DNA of 64,000 bases from the NCBI GenBank assembly GCA_009103225.1, contig RHPI01001259.1, forward strand, positions 211,203-275,202, written 5' to 3'. The number at the start of each line of letters is the position of its first letter. Position 1 is the first letter of the stretch. Of this stretch, positions 1-13,300 are shown in pieces. The stretch is from Chlorokybus atmophyticus (taxonomy: Eukaryota > Plantae > Mesostigma and Chlorokybus algae). Made by a program: the position numbers and the translations under genes. Under the pieces are notes generated by a model. It saw nothing but the letters and a program-made list of their open reading frames with translations. It was not told where the DNA came from and searched no databases.

Positions 1-670
1 TCATTTGCCTGATGGTGGATGTGCATGATGCAACGTGTGACCATGCAATACCCAGCATGTGCATAGTAGACTAGAGATTGATGTAGACCCTCTGTCCAAA
101 TACTGGCCTTTTGGATGCTCGTTGTGCATGCTAGTTGGTATTTGTTCACAACAGTAATGAGCTATTCAAGTATGTGACATGCAAAGCACCCGCAAACACT
201 CAGCACACGCATTGTGGTGGGCGAGTGGAAGAGTGGCGGCGGCAGGAGGCAGAAGGGAGGCGGGCGGGGAGTCCTGGTCGCTGTCGCTGTTGCCCATACC
301 AGCCTACCGCGGGGGAGACTGACTGCAAAGGTGGCTTGGCAGGTGATTGCTACTACCAACGCATGCTTGCATGACTAACGGGGGTAGCAGTGTAGTGTAG
401 TTAGTGTTGTAGGTAGTGACTAGCTGAGCCCGGTGGTTGATTATAGTTGGTTCTGCCTGTGTATGCTATGTACAAAAAATGCGAGAGGGGTATGTGCTGT
501 CACTGCTGGCACGTCAAATGCATGAGCACAAACACATCACAACTACTGTGCACAGCTCAGCCAGCAGCAATGAAGTATGCAGCAATGAGACCAGATAGCA
601 TTGCAGCAGTGCAGCTCAGCAGACCAAGGCCAAACCAATTCCCACCCTTCTCAACTCCATTCGTCACACA

Positions 671-3323
671 TCAACCAAAATTGGACGAGAACCCGAGTTG
701 AATGCCTGTCTTGGGTGAATCGCCCGGACACATCCGCAACACTTGACACAAGTTGGCCTGCGCGCAATCAGGTTAGCACATCACATTCTTTCAAGCACGA
801 CAGCACAAAGCCACATAAACAACATGTTCTTACCTCAAGCCTGCCAAATCTTGTTGGAAATACCAAACCAGCCCCAACCGAAACGCGCATGTTGTCGAGG
901 AAGGACTTTACAACGTTGGAGAACCACGCGGGGTCTCCTGACCTATAAGCCGCCGCGGGTCCGGTCAGCTGCACCAGCTGGCCGGCGTTGGCAAACACGT
1001 GGCCGTGGATGCCCAACATTTCCAGGTATGGGTGCGGGAGGATGAAATTTAGCGACGCGTACGCCGTGAACACAGCGTCGCCTCCCAACCGGTCGTGACC
1101 CGCCCTGTGCCGCCTCTCCTCCTCCGTCGCGGCCTCCTCGTTCTCTTGCCGAGGTATCAACCGCCTTGCATCGCTGGGACCTGCCAACAGTAGTTCCAAT
1201 CATGTGGACATTTGGTTGCAAACCCACACTCTGTAAAGACTACCCTTTCCTGACACAAACTTTGGCAGCAAAGGTTTATTCTCTTGCCACAATTGTAGGG
1301 CTGTTCACACAAAGCGTTCTGTGTATTATACGTGCATGTCTGTGCCAACCGTTATCTGTATCTGTCAAACAGACCACACTCGCACATGCTCACCAACTCC
1401 TTTGGTCCTGAAGCCTCTCAAGGAACCTGGTCCACCAAGGAAATATCTGTCGCATATGATGCTCGGACGGCTGAACCCATTGAAAGCCCACGGCAGCATC
1501 ATCCCAGCGCTGCCTCCAAGCATCAGCGTAGCCCACTCAGTCAACGGGAGGTTGTACTGTGTCTCTACTTTCTGCACAATGCACATTCACACTCGTCAAA
1601 GTTCCCATGCTTGTGCGCACACATTGTGACATAAGCTGTCATATACCGTGTTACCTGTGCTATAAAGCGTGTGAGTCGAGAGTCGAAGCCAAGCCCTGCC
1701 AGCTCGGTTGTTGCACGCAGCGCCCACCCCATCGACGGCGCCACGGCTGAGTCTCGGTAGTCCAACATGTGCGTATAAAGCAGGGAAGACTTGAGTGAGT
1801 CGCCCCCGCATTGCAGTATGCATGGCGATGCCTGTCGTGTTGCGGCGCTGATGTTGCGCCACGTGAGGCCGTAACCCAACTCATGCTCGTGCGACGAGAG
1901 CGAGACGGACCCGCCGCGGAACTTCTCGTTGAACGAGCTGTGACGCTTCATGCTGCGTGAGTCCTGAAAAAGGCGCCACGTGAGCTTGCAGTCAGCCCCG
2001 CCCGGCCTCGGCTGCATCAACGCAACGGCGAATCGGTTGGTAGAAAGCCCACCGACTGAAGCCTCGACCTCCAACTTCTCCGCAGTGCCGTAGTGGTTTA
2101 GCAACGTGAGCTTGCCCTCCACACTACCTTCGCCACCCTGAAATGATGACATCCAACATAGGCATGTAAGCAGGCAAGGAAGCATACATGGGTTGACGTC
2201 AGTTGCTGTACTCAGGCACGTATGTGCGCATGCTAGCATGCTAGTGGTGAGCTTGGTAGGATTACACGGTCCACGCATGCAACATTGTGCTTGCATGCAT
2301 GCATGCACGCATGCAATACGTGGTTGTGGGAGGAGCCATCGTCCTGTTGCACTAACCTGCACATATGTGCCAGTGTTTAAGGAGAGTGGTCCAGCCTCTT
2401 GCACTGTGATGATGACTGTGGCGGTGTCGAGCCCAGGGATTTCCGGCCCCTCATCGATGAGAATGTCGCACATGGTGAAGATCTCCAAGTCCTTCAAGCG
2501 GTGCGAAGCATCCAACACGGAGTCTTTTAGCTCCTCAAACGAAGAAGCCTCCAACACAGGCATCTGCACACCACACAGCACAGGAAGCATGACGGCCATG
2601 CATCTGACAACTGGAGCGCTTCACAACAAGTTTAACGCTTGGAAAGCTAATGCAAGACAAAATGTTTCTTCCTTTTACACGTACCTGCACAACCTGCAAG
2701 GCTTTCAAGCACGCAAGGCAGTTTTGTGCAGTGCTTGCCATGCATGCAGTGCCAGCTTGCAGATAGTGATGATTCTGATGCTGCTGATGTTGATGATGAC
2801 GTACGTACCAGCTCACGCTCCACAATCTCTCGCCTTGTCCGTTGCAACCCATCAATCTCAACTGCTACAACACGCAGAGGCTTACTCGCTGCAGCCTACG
2901 CACAAGCAAGAAAAGTTGCAACACAATGCACACGCACATAACCTTCAGGCCAAAGCATGCACAGAAAGAGGCTTATCAAAATGCACAAATACATTGACAC
3001 ATCTACAATATAGAGTGCAAACAACATGCACACAAACAGAATAAATGTGCATGTGGCTGTGACATACACAACCACATGCACATGTACTTCTGCCAAAGCA
3101 TGCACCCAACAATACGGAGGTATTTCTTGCTGTCTCTCACCTTCAGTGCACCATTATAATCATAGTCCTGGTCTGCCGCCCCCTCAGCCACGGCCTCAGC
3201 GACCTCCCGCCTAATCCTCTCCACGGCGTCGTCGCCATCGCCGTCGCTGACCGGCGGGCTCGCCGCAACCTGCTGCTCGGCATGCCACTCACCGCCGATA
3301 GCTTCCTCCCCCGTCGCCGCCAT
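671..3323 (-). CDS. SAM50: Multi-exon Omp85/BamA-family outer-membrane assembly factor (mitochondrial SAM50-like)
   Basis: POTRA-like exon KPLRVVAVEIDGLQRTRREIVEREL (~2808-2890). Barrel exons QEAGPLSLNTGTYVQ|GGEGSVEGKLTLLNHYGTAEKL and GDSLKSSLLYTHMLDYRDSAVAPSMG. C-terminal RVSVGAGLVFPTRFGRLE|ANLCQ...GIQLGFSSNFG*, last exon 757-671. ATG at 3323 (MAATGEE) is inferred. Confidence 0.88.
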
Positions 3324-3574
3324 GGCCGCCCACCACGCCGCCCCCAATGCACCACAACATCAACGACACCACCAACACTAACAGGCTCAGCACTAACAAG
3401 CTGTGCTAGCTTGATCGCAGCTTGAGACGGCAGCGATGGGCGGCATAAGCTGCTTCGTCTCCTCCCACTCCTCCTCGTCGTTGTCGTGCTTTTGGCTGCA
3501 GGTGTAGGTGTCAAGGTGCTTGCAGCTGTTGTGGAGGGTGAAGCAGGCTTTGCGGCGGCAGCATTGTTGTCGTC

Positions 3575-6500
3575 ATGGTGAAGGCGCAGGCGGATGGCGT
3601 GGCTGCTGCTGCGGAGGCAGCAAGCCAGGGAGCTGTGCTTGTGGACAGCTTCCTGTGGCTGGTTGGTAAGTAGTTTAGTTGTTAGCTTCAGCTTGGGCAT
3701 GCTTACACCCGTTACAACAAGCATGTCCTGTGCTGTTGGTTGGCAAACGAGAATAATGCGCACAGCTGCACAATGCCACACAATGCTTCTGAAAAGCTTG
3801 AGAAGGTTGTTCAAGCATCAAACAACACAGCTGCTAAGGTTGCTCATTTTGTCGTGCTGTTGTGTCTGGTGATCAGTTTCACAGCTGTGCTCCCGCTTCT
3901 TCACCTTCCTGCTCAACCTGCTGGTGGCTCGCCACCTCTCCCAAGAAGACTATGGGGTGAGCGTCAATGCACCACCCTCCCCATTCACTGCGTACATCGT
4001 CCATTGAACACTGAAGCAAGCATCACCCATTAGCTCCTTCACTCACTTACTCATATTTTCATGCATTCAACTAGTTCACTTATCATGCACACATTCGATT
4101 ATACGCACGCTTGTTCATTCAGTGCTGAGTCAAGTCAACTTGTCATTCAGTCCCTGTGGTTGCTGTGCTGCAGTCAGTACTCTTTGTTGTTGATTGACAG
4201 TCTTGTGATGTTCATGCGTGTAGGTGGCGTCCATTCAGTTCCACCTTCTCACCACAAGCCTGCTGTTCTTGAGCCGTGAAGGCTTCAGGAGGAGTTGTTT
4301 ACGCGTCAACCTCAAGTGAGTGGCCATGTTGTGTCCATGACAATAGCAATGGGTGATCGACACACATCTCCTCCTTTGCATTCAGCATGAAGTCGCCACC
4401 GGAGGAGTTTGCACGCGTTGCAAATGTGGCCTACCTTAGCATACCCTTTGGCGGTGTGATGGCGGCTTCGACGTGCTTTATGATCGCTTACTGGCAAAAG
4501 CTGCAGCTTGCGGATCCATATCTGGTTGCCATTGTTCTGCATGGTCAGTGTCCGCATGTTTGAACTCGTTGCGGCACATGTACATCAACACGTGCGCGAT
4601 GCACGGGCATTCACTTATGCAAAGTTACAACCACAGGCGCGCACGTGCAGGCCTCGCATGCATACATGTGCACGCACCAGTATTCAATCACATCCCACCC
4701 ACACATGCAGCCCATGCACGTATGCACCAGGTTGCATTATGCGTGCATGCAGTAAACCAGCCTGTACGCGGTGTTGGGTTCTCTTAAGTACGCATATGCA
4801 CAGATTGCATGCAACCATATGTGTGCCTTTGGTGAGTTGTATAAGTATGCTGAAATGTTCCATGACAGGTGTCGCGGCGTTTGTAGAAATGTGCGCTGAA
4901 CCGCTGGTGATCATCGCTCAAAGCATGCTGCTATTTAGACTGAGACCCATCGCTGAAGGCGTTGGGACGCTGGCTCGATGCGTCGTCCTTGCAGCATTTG
5001 TGTTCCACAGCCAGGCATGTGTTGCTGAATGTTACAACTCCACAAAACAACACATGCACGTGAGAGGGTTGTGAAGTCAATGCTAGTTGCCTGCTGCCAC
5101 GCATACCACTCTGGGCGCCTCTATGCAATAGACACACCCATTGTTATTTGTGTTGCATGGCGCGTGTGCAGCAAGCAACAACCGATGCTGTTGGTGCTGA
5201 GAGGGTGTTTGCCTCAGGCAGGTCTTGTAATGTATGGCTATGGCCAACTGGCGTTTGCATGCGCCCTTCTCTTCTGCTACAGCGCATACTTCCTCCACAA
5301 CGCTTTGGTGCTCCACAACCGACCAAGCTTAAGCAACCTGTTACCCGCGCCCACCAAACAACAGCCCGCTGGCAAAGGGTAAATACTCCACATCTCACTG
5401 AGTTGCTACTTTTGTACACGCTTGTTGTGTCTACACAATTTGTACAACAAGCGTACACTTGTTGTGTACACTCAACAAATGTACACAACAACTTTACATC
5501 ACAATTATACACAACCTGTACAACAATTGTTCACCAGTCCATATAGGATTTGTTGCAGGCGTTACCAGCTGGATGGCAACCTGCTTGCCTTTGCCGGGTG
5601 GTTCACGGTGCAGGCGGGGGAGAAGCTGGTGCTCACGGAGGGGGAGAAGCTGGTGTTAGTTCTTGTGGAGTCGCGATACAACCAAGGCGTGTATGGCCTC
5701 GTGTCCAACCTTGGTATGGCATGTTGCATGTTGATCTCATCATAAGTGGCTCATGCGCATACAGAGTGAACTTTGTTAAACATGTTACTTGTATGCTTTG
5801 GCTTCCTGCAGGATCTGTGGTAGTGAGGGCTTTCTTTCAACCGTTTGAGGAGAGTGCTTTCACCATGTTCACAAAAGCCTGTGGTCACAAGGCAGGTGGA
5901 GTGTGCAGAAGCAATATCATCTCATGCATGAATGCATACAATGCAGAACACATGTACACACGCACGCGCATACGCATGCGTACATACATGCACGCATGCA
6001 TACGTGCGCGCCAACAGACACACATGCACGCACACGCGCACATGCACACATACGTACACACATACGCGCACGCATGCACACACAAACATACGCATTTGTG
6101 ACTGCAGGCCAGAGCATAGACCAGGCAAGGCAGCGTGAGAGCGCGCGTATATTAACGCTGCTTCTGAAACTCATGCTGATTTTTGGCTTGATATTCGTTA
6201 CATTCGGCCGCGGCTACTCGTACACGCTGCTGCGCCTTCTTTACGGCTCCAAATGGAGCGACACCGACGCGCCGTACGTGCTGGCGTGGTACTGTTGTTA
6301 TGTTCTCGCCATGGCCATCAATGGTGAGTTGGTGCATGGATTCAACTCAGATAATCTCTTACCATTTGGGCAATAAGTGTATGCATATATATGCAGTAGC
6401 CGTGTGTGACATGTGCATGCCTGTGGGTGTTTTCTTACGCGTGTGCCAAACGCCCCCACAGACCCAACTGTCACCCACAACTCATACACTACATTTACTT

Positions 6501-7586
6501 CTACTCAGGGATTACGGAGGCATTCGTCCATGCTGTGGCCAGCCAAGAGCAGCTCAAGCGGATCAACGTGTGGCTTGTGGCCTTCTCAATCACACACGTC
6601 ATCACCAGCTGCCTGCTCATCACCTGGGCTGGCGCCGCGGGCCTCATAGTAGCCAACTGCTTGAGTAAGTCTCATGCTGCATGCTTCGCTTGTTGGTGTC
6701 GTATGTTTGTTGAAGAGTTGGGGTCCTTTGATCTGCGCAGACATGGCGTGGCGGGTTGTGTACTCTCTGAACTTCACTAAGCGCTTCTATGAGGTGCGGA
6801 TGTCATAGCCACGTTGGATCTGTATGTTTCTCTTGGTGCAATCACACTGTGTGCATACTCTCAGAGTAACTGGTATGTTCCCTTGATGCAGGGAAGCAAT
6901 GCCTTTTCAGCAATGTCATCAATTCCAGCAGCGCCTGTCCTGTTGTGTCTCGCTTCAAGTTTTGTTGTGACACAGGTAAGCGACATGAACTCACTATTAC
7001 GGTGCCTTCAATAGATGTATGGCCAAGAGTTTCCTGATCCATATCAAGTAATATGGATCAGGAAATTCGCATACTTAATCATATGTCGCCTGTTGCTTTA
7101 GGTTGGTTGCTGTGCTTGTTGTCTTGCCCTGCTGCCCTGCCCTGCCCTACTCCAACCACCCCACCCCACTGCCAACTTGCACACAAGCACTTAGCAACGC
7201 ATCACATTAGCGTGCATGCCCCTGCTGGTGGAATAAAGTTCTGCTCTGCCCTGCTCCTGGTTGCTGCTTGCATTGCTACTGTGCTCTTGCTTGTGATGCA
7301 TCAGCTACTCAGATAAGACTACATGTCTTGCAGGTGTCTGAGCGCACGTTGTTGAACAAGAAAGAGTTCTACACCACAGCTGCAATGCACATGGGAGTGG
7401 GTGTCGGGTGCATGTCGCTGCTATGCGCCGCAGTGTAAGTGCTCGCAGTTGGGTGATTGTTGCCACATCAATGGGAGCCAACCTCATGAACTTTTGGGGC
7501 TTATAGTACAATGGGTATTGCGCAGGTGGAAATACGAGCGTGCATTCTTGCAACAAGTCGTGGCGCTCAAGCGGAAAAAGGATTAA
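3575..7586 (+). CDS. RFT1: Multi-exon Man5GlcNAc2-PP-dolichol translocation protein RFT1
   Basis: Spliced peptides DSFLWLV|VSQLCSRFFTFLLNLLVARHLSQEDYG, FVEMCAEPL, EKLVLTEGEKLVL, NQGVYGLVSNLG, GSVVVRAFFQPFEESAF, SYTLLRLLYGSKWSDTDAPYVLAWYCCYVLAMAING|ITEAFV and GLIVANCL. Last exon WKYERAFLQQVVALKRKKD*. Confidence 0.9.
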
Positions 7587-8172
7587 GCATGCTAGCCTCT
7601 TACACTGCTGTTGTTGTGGGTCATACACTGTGCTAGTGAGGACAACGATTGTGCCCGTGTTATGACATCAAATACAACAGCGCTATTCCGGTAGTACCAT
7701 TTCCTTGCCGATCAAAAAATTTGCATGCTTGCAAGTTCGTAATGCGGTGTTGGGCAAGCAAGCCCACACGTTTGGGCGCACACAACTTGTCAACAAACGC
7801 TTGAATATGAGTAGCTTGTTCATTACTTGCCATAGCTGACCACTTACCACAGACTTGGCCACAAGACGTATACAGTACTTACATTTACTGAATAATGTTA
7901 CATATATCTTGCGGTACCAACAAAGCAATCAAAGCAAAAGCAAAAGCCTAGCTGCTGAATATGCAGTTACCACAACCCACAAGGAATCATTTACCCAGTG
8001 ACTGTGACAGAATCTCAATCACTGGTCTTTGGAGCGGATGTGAGCAGCTGCTCAAACACAGTGTTTCCCTGCGCGCACAGTCGGTTGTCATCAGCAGAAA
8101 GTCTCCAAGCAGCAAGCGCCGCACCGGTCTAATCTGGCATCAAGATCATGAAGCATATTCCGATTGGTTGCA

Positions 8173-9418
8173 TTATACCTGAAAAGCTAGCACGACATCG
8201 GCGTCAGAGATACGGAGCGTTATTCGCTTGGGCTGCTTGCTGTTCCTGCTGGCACCAAGCTGAACAAGACCCTGTGCGTGCAAAGTAAACTCTCAGGCAC
8301 ATGCATGTTGGTGTAATACATCTGAGCGTAATCAGGCTACAATGGGAAAGCAATGCGCATACCTTGGAGATGGTTGCATCTGAACAAACAAGCAACCAAC
8401 ACACAGACACACACATGCGCACACTGTGCGTGTATGTGCCTGTGCGTACGCACATATGTGTGTGCGCGCACAGGCACACACGCGCGAGCAGTAACGATTG
8501 CACACACGCAGACGCGCACAGCCACGCAGGTGCGCTCCCACAAAGGCACCCACACGCGCACAAACTCACATTGCACTCTTACATGCGTTTGCAGCAAGTC
8601 GCACGTGTTCCGGAACTGCGCCGGCGAGCACGCTTTCAATCCAAGCCTCCTCGACAGCGTGCGATAGGCTACCTCCACATCCCCAAGCGTGGACTTATTA
8701 TTACACCTTCGCTGCTGCAACACAACACTGCACAGCGCCAGCTGAAGCTCACTTGGCAAACCCTTCACAGTCTTCATCAGTGGGCACGCATAACCCACAC
8801 ACTTAGACAACGCCTCCGCCATTGAGCACATCGTGACTGTTGTTGTTGATGTTGGGTTATTGTTGGAGAATTCTCTCGCAAGTTGGCACGCGTTGAGAGC
8901 TTTGCGCATGTCACCTCCCCAGCTTGAGGCAACCTTCTTGGCGCAGAGCTGCAGCGCCGCGGGCTCGAAGACGTGGGTATGTGGCGATGTTGTGTCGAAC
9001 GTGTTGTTGTGTGTGTCAAACTTGTGCACGAGCACGGCGAGAATCTGCGTGGCCGTGTAGGCTGGGAAGTGCACGGCGTGTACACGTGGCACCTTCTCAC
9101 GCAGCTTCTCCTCAGCCAAAGCTAATGCGTTGCCCGCCGCCACGACAACCAGCTTCGACCCCGCAGAGCAACCCAATGCCAACACGCCGGCGGCCACCTC
9201 AACACCCAACGCATCCGCCTCGTCAACAATGAGCAACATGCCACGCCGGCGAACGAAGGCAGGCAACCGCGCCTTCACGTCGTCACGAGAAGTGTTGGAA
9301 ACTGTGTTGTCTTCAGTAAGGGCTGAAGCAATGTCGCAGAAGATCTGCTCTGGCTTGGAGAGGTACACCCCACAGTTGATCCAAAGGGACTGGTAGTGTC
9401 GTTGTTGTGGTTGTTGTC

Positions 9419-9455
<37 letters not shown>

Positions 9456-9701
9456 GTGGTGTTGTTGGTTGTGCTCCTGTTGTTGTCTTCTCCAACTACT
9501 CTTTCCCGCATACATTCGCATGAGCCTTAGTAGAATCAGCGTCTTCCCCGATCCTGGTGTCCCTGCGAGGTACAGCGCCTCTCCTCTGCCTGACGCAAGG
9601 GCAGAACCGGCCAGTGCGGACACCTTCTCCCACTCGTCGCTCCTCCCAACTATAAACCCAACATCATCGGCTTCGTTGTTGCTGTGCGCGCACGCCCGCA
9701 C
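8173..9701 (-). CDS. CDC6: Cell division control protein 6 (Cdc6/Orc1-family AAA+ ATPase with winged helix); 5' exon(s) probably extend to ~10200
   Basis: VGRSDEW..., Walker A YLAGTPGSGKT, INC motif, Walker B LLIVDEAD, VHFPAYTATQI, ALQLCAKKVASSWGGDMRKALNAC and winged-helix region KGLPSELQLALC...TLGDVEVAY. Last exon LVQLG...ITLRISDADVVLAFQV. Both ends are approximate. Confidence 0.82.
9404..9487 (-). repeat. CAG/CAA trinucleotide tract encoding polyQ inside the CDC6 ATPase domain
   Basis: (TGC)n/(TGT)n on the + strand; translation RRQQQEHNQQHHQQQQQQQQQQQQRQQPQQRH. Confidence 0.85.
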
Positions 9702-10379
9702 ACGCTTTGCGCCTGTGTTGCACAGAGCTTAATGACAATATAAGCTACTGACTGTGAGACACGCAAGCAAGCTGTTGCAGACACTGCAATGGTTGTAACT
9801 CTGCTACACTGTGAGAGACACCAGTCAGCTGTTCATATACAGCATTGTTGTTGTTGTTGTCCTTGTGTTTATTCTCTGAGCACCGTTGCATGGTTGAGTA
9901 TGACGCGATCGGCAAGACAAAAACCAGCTAGCTAAAACACATGTTTGCGAAACAATGCACAGTTGTTTTGCATACCAGTGCTGGTGCATGGGGCCTCCTC
10001 CTCCTCCTGCTTGTCTTGCTCCTTCTGCTCCGCGACGCGCTTGGGCGGCCTCCCACGCTTCGCACCCGCCATTTGAAGCCACACCTTCTAAGTCTACAAC
10101 TCCTCCTCCTCGTCCTCCTCGTCCTTCTCCTCCTCCGCCGCCGCCGCCGCCGCCGCTGCAAGCCACGCCAACCAATTTTGGCGCCAAATGCCATTACAGT
10201 GTGACTATCACATGCACAGTTATCTGTTTGCAACTAGTTTGCATGTCGTTATCCCAGATTAAGAAGGACTCAAGACCACGCACTGGGTTTGGGAAGAACT
10301 CTGTTTAGGATTAGGGTGGTTTTGTGCAGAGAAAAAATTGCCTTCAGGCGGCGGCGCTGGCGGCGGCGAGGGAAGGGTC

Positions 10380-13300
10380 ATGGGCGCCAAGGGTGTCAAG
10401 GTGAAAGGCAAGTTGAAAGCGAAGCAGAGTTCTGCTGGCAAGCAGGCTAATGGCAAGCTCAAGCAGAATGTAGGCAAAGGCAAGCCCAAGTTGCAGAAGA
10501 AGCCTAAGCAGCCCAAGCAGGCTGAGGGCGGCGCTGAGGAGGAGGAGGAGGATGTGGAGGTTGAGGACCAGGACTTCGCCTTCGTGCGCAGCCACGACGC
10601 CTCGGCACTTCTGAGGTTCGACCCCGACAACGAGGAGGAGGAGGACTACGAGCGCCGCCCCCGCGCCGCTCCAGCCCAATGGACCAAGCAGCAGGCCAAG
10701 GCCAAGGCGGCAGCGCCTGTGGACACGCTACCAGTGAGAACCCTAGAAGGCAAGCTGGTGTTCCCCTCCGCCGCCAAGGATAACAATGCCGGCAAGGAGG
10801 AGAAGCAGGAGGAGGCGGCGCCAGCTTCAGCTCAAGCTCAAGCTCAAGCTCAAGCTCCAGCTCTTAGCAAGAGGGAGCGCAAGCAGGCTCGCAGAGCTGA
10901 GCGCTCAGCCGCCGCCGCCGCAGCTGTCGTCAGCAATGTTGATGGTGACACTGCGGATGTCGCCAACGAGGCAGCTGCAGCTGAACCCGCAAGCAAAGAG
11001 GTTGCGAGGAAGAGGAAGGGTGCAGTGACTGTAGCTGAGGTAAGGTGCGCTCTTGAAGCACGCAAGCGCTTGTTTGCATGCTTGTCAAGTGTAGTCTCGC
11101 TGGAGCTTGTCGCTGAACCCACGTAGCAGAAACAGTCAGAGTCGTTCGGACCTGTCGTGCATTGTGTGCGTAGGTACACACACATGAAGGCATGTGCGTG
11201 TGCAGGCATGGGCGCTTCAACCTCTGCACGTATGCATGTTGGCATTCGTGCTTGCAAGGTCACTACTGCACGCAAGACGTTGTTTGCACTACGTGTGGTT
11301 AGCCACGAGATTGCACATGCACACTGCGATGGCATGCATGCATGCAAAACTACGCCACCTCATACGTGCTTGCTCTGGTTGTGTACACTTGTGTCGCGTG
11401 CAATTTGTTACATACTGTGGATAGCCACACATGCACTTGCACACCATTGTGATGTGGTCTTGCATGCAAGACCATGCCACTGCATGCGCTCATGCATACA
11501 AGCCATGCTTGTATACGCTCGCGTCGCATGACACTTGTTGCTTCTGTTGCATGCGCGCACGCAGTGCTGAACAAAGTCTTGCATGCGTGCAAGACCTTGT
11601 TCACTGCGTGGTCTTGCACCCATGCAAGACCACATCACATCGATGCGCGCAAGCCTTGTCTGCATACCCTCGTGTTGCGTGACACCTGTCGTTTGGTGTA
11701 TGCAACGCGCTGTTGTGTGTAACTCATCTCAACAGCATGCACCACACGCAGGAGCTCACCGCGTGGGTATCTGCTCGCGAGCACCGTTCCAATCTCCGTT
11801 CCCGCATGGCTGAGGTTTGCAGCTTAGTGTTGGCCGAGCCCGAGGCAAGGTTGGATCTCCTTCGCGAAGTGCGTGTGATGTGTGTCGACGACGACATACC
11901 CACATCACGCCTCGCTATCCTCTCTCTGGCTGCAGTTTATTGTGATATCTGTCCCGGGTATAGGATTCGACTGCCGACTGCGGCTGAGTTGGAAGTGACT
12001 GTGAGTAAAGAGGTGGCGAAGCAGAGAGCGTATGAAGCGGCGCTGCTGAAAGGGTATGAGGCGTACGTGGAGGTACTTGTGAAAGCGGCTAAGGTGGAGA
12101 AGACGAGGCTGGCGGCGATTACGGCGATTGGACAGTTGTTAGCAGGTGAGATGTGTGTGTTGGTGTGTGCGCGCGTGCGCGTATGTGTGTATGTGTAAGC
12201 GCAAACATGTGTGTTCTCGCATACACACACATGTACGCGCACGTGCACGCATGTTTGTCTACGTGTGTGTGCGTGTGTGCGTGTGTGCGCACACAATGGT
12301 GTTCTGTAGCAGTTTGGTGGTTGCGTCTGCTGGTTGCACTGAGGAAAGAGTACTGACTCGTGTTTGGCGTGTGCGTGTGTATGTGTGCAGTGCTTCCGCA
12401 TTTCAACAACAGGTTGACGTTGGCACGAGCGCTCGTGCCAAGGACAGACTCCGCCGACGACGCCGTGTGCTCCGCAGCGTGCAGTGCTTTGCGGCGCCTT
12501 TTTGAAGCCGACAAGCGTGGCGACGCCATTCTCGAAACAGTCCAACTCATCGCCGAGCTCGTGCGCACACGCCACTGCGTGCTTCGTCCCGAAAGCATTG
12601 AGTTGTTCGATGCTCTTCACTTTGACGCGGATTTGTTAACGTCATCATCGGATGTTGCAACAACATCGAAACAAGGAGCCACGCAAACGGCGAAACAACT
12701 CAGCAAGAAGCAGCGCAGGCGCGAGAAGGCGAAGCAAGCGCGTGAGATCGCGCGTGAAGTGCAAAGGGACTTGCGTGAGACGGATGCCACGCAAGACCCA
12801 CATGAACAACGTCGATTGCAAACAGCCACGCTGTCCGCTGTGTTTGAGACCTATTTTCGGGTGCTGCGTGATGATGGGTTGGGTCGTGTTGGCGATGGTG
12901 CGGGTGGTGCGGGCCGAGGTGCACGCCCTCTTTTGCGCGCGGCACTCAACGGCCTCGCACGGCTTTCGCATCTGATCAGTGTGGATTTTATGTCGGACGT
13001 GTTGTCCACGTTGGAGCGTCTTGCCGGCGACAACACGTTGGCGTTGGACTCGCGCTTGCGGTGTTGCACCGCGGCGTGTGGCGTACTTAAAGCGCACGGC
13101 CATGCTCTCAACGTGGACTTGTCGGCCATGCACGCGGACTCATACACGGCGTTGATGCACCTCCCGTGGGATGAGAATGTGGGTTTGGCGGCCGTGTCGG
13201 CGGCGCAAGCGTTGTTGTGGGATAGCGGGAGGCAAGTGGACATGTCGCGCGTGGCGGCCTTCACACGCCGTCTCGGTTGCGCGGCCCTACACGTCCCACC

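Noticed and set aside
5885-6174. Many overlapping Cys/Val/His/Thr-rich ORFs here and at ~8200-8570, 12100-12500, 50490-51260 and 54080-54470
   Set aside because: Translations of intronic (CA/TG)n-like tracts, not proteins.
9825-10308. Gly-rich, Arg-rich or Pro-rich ORFs as a separate gene
   Set aside because: GCC/GGA trinucleotide low complexity in the CDC6/NOC3 divergent region; probably CDC6 first exon or UTR, and the frame cannot be decided.
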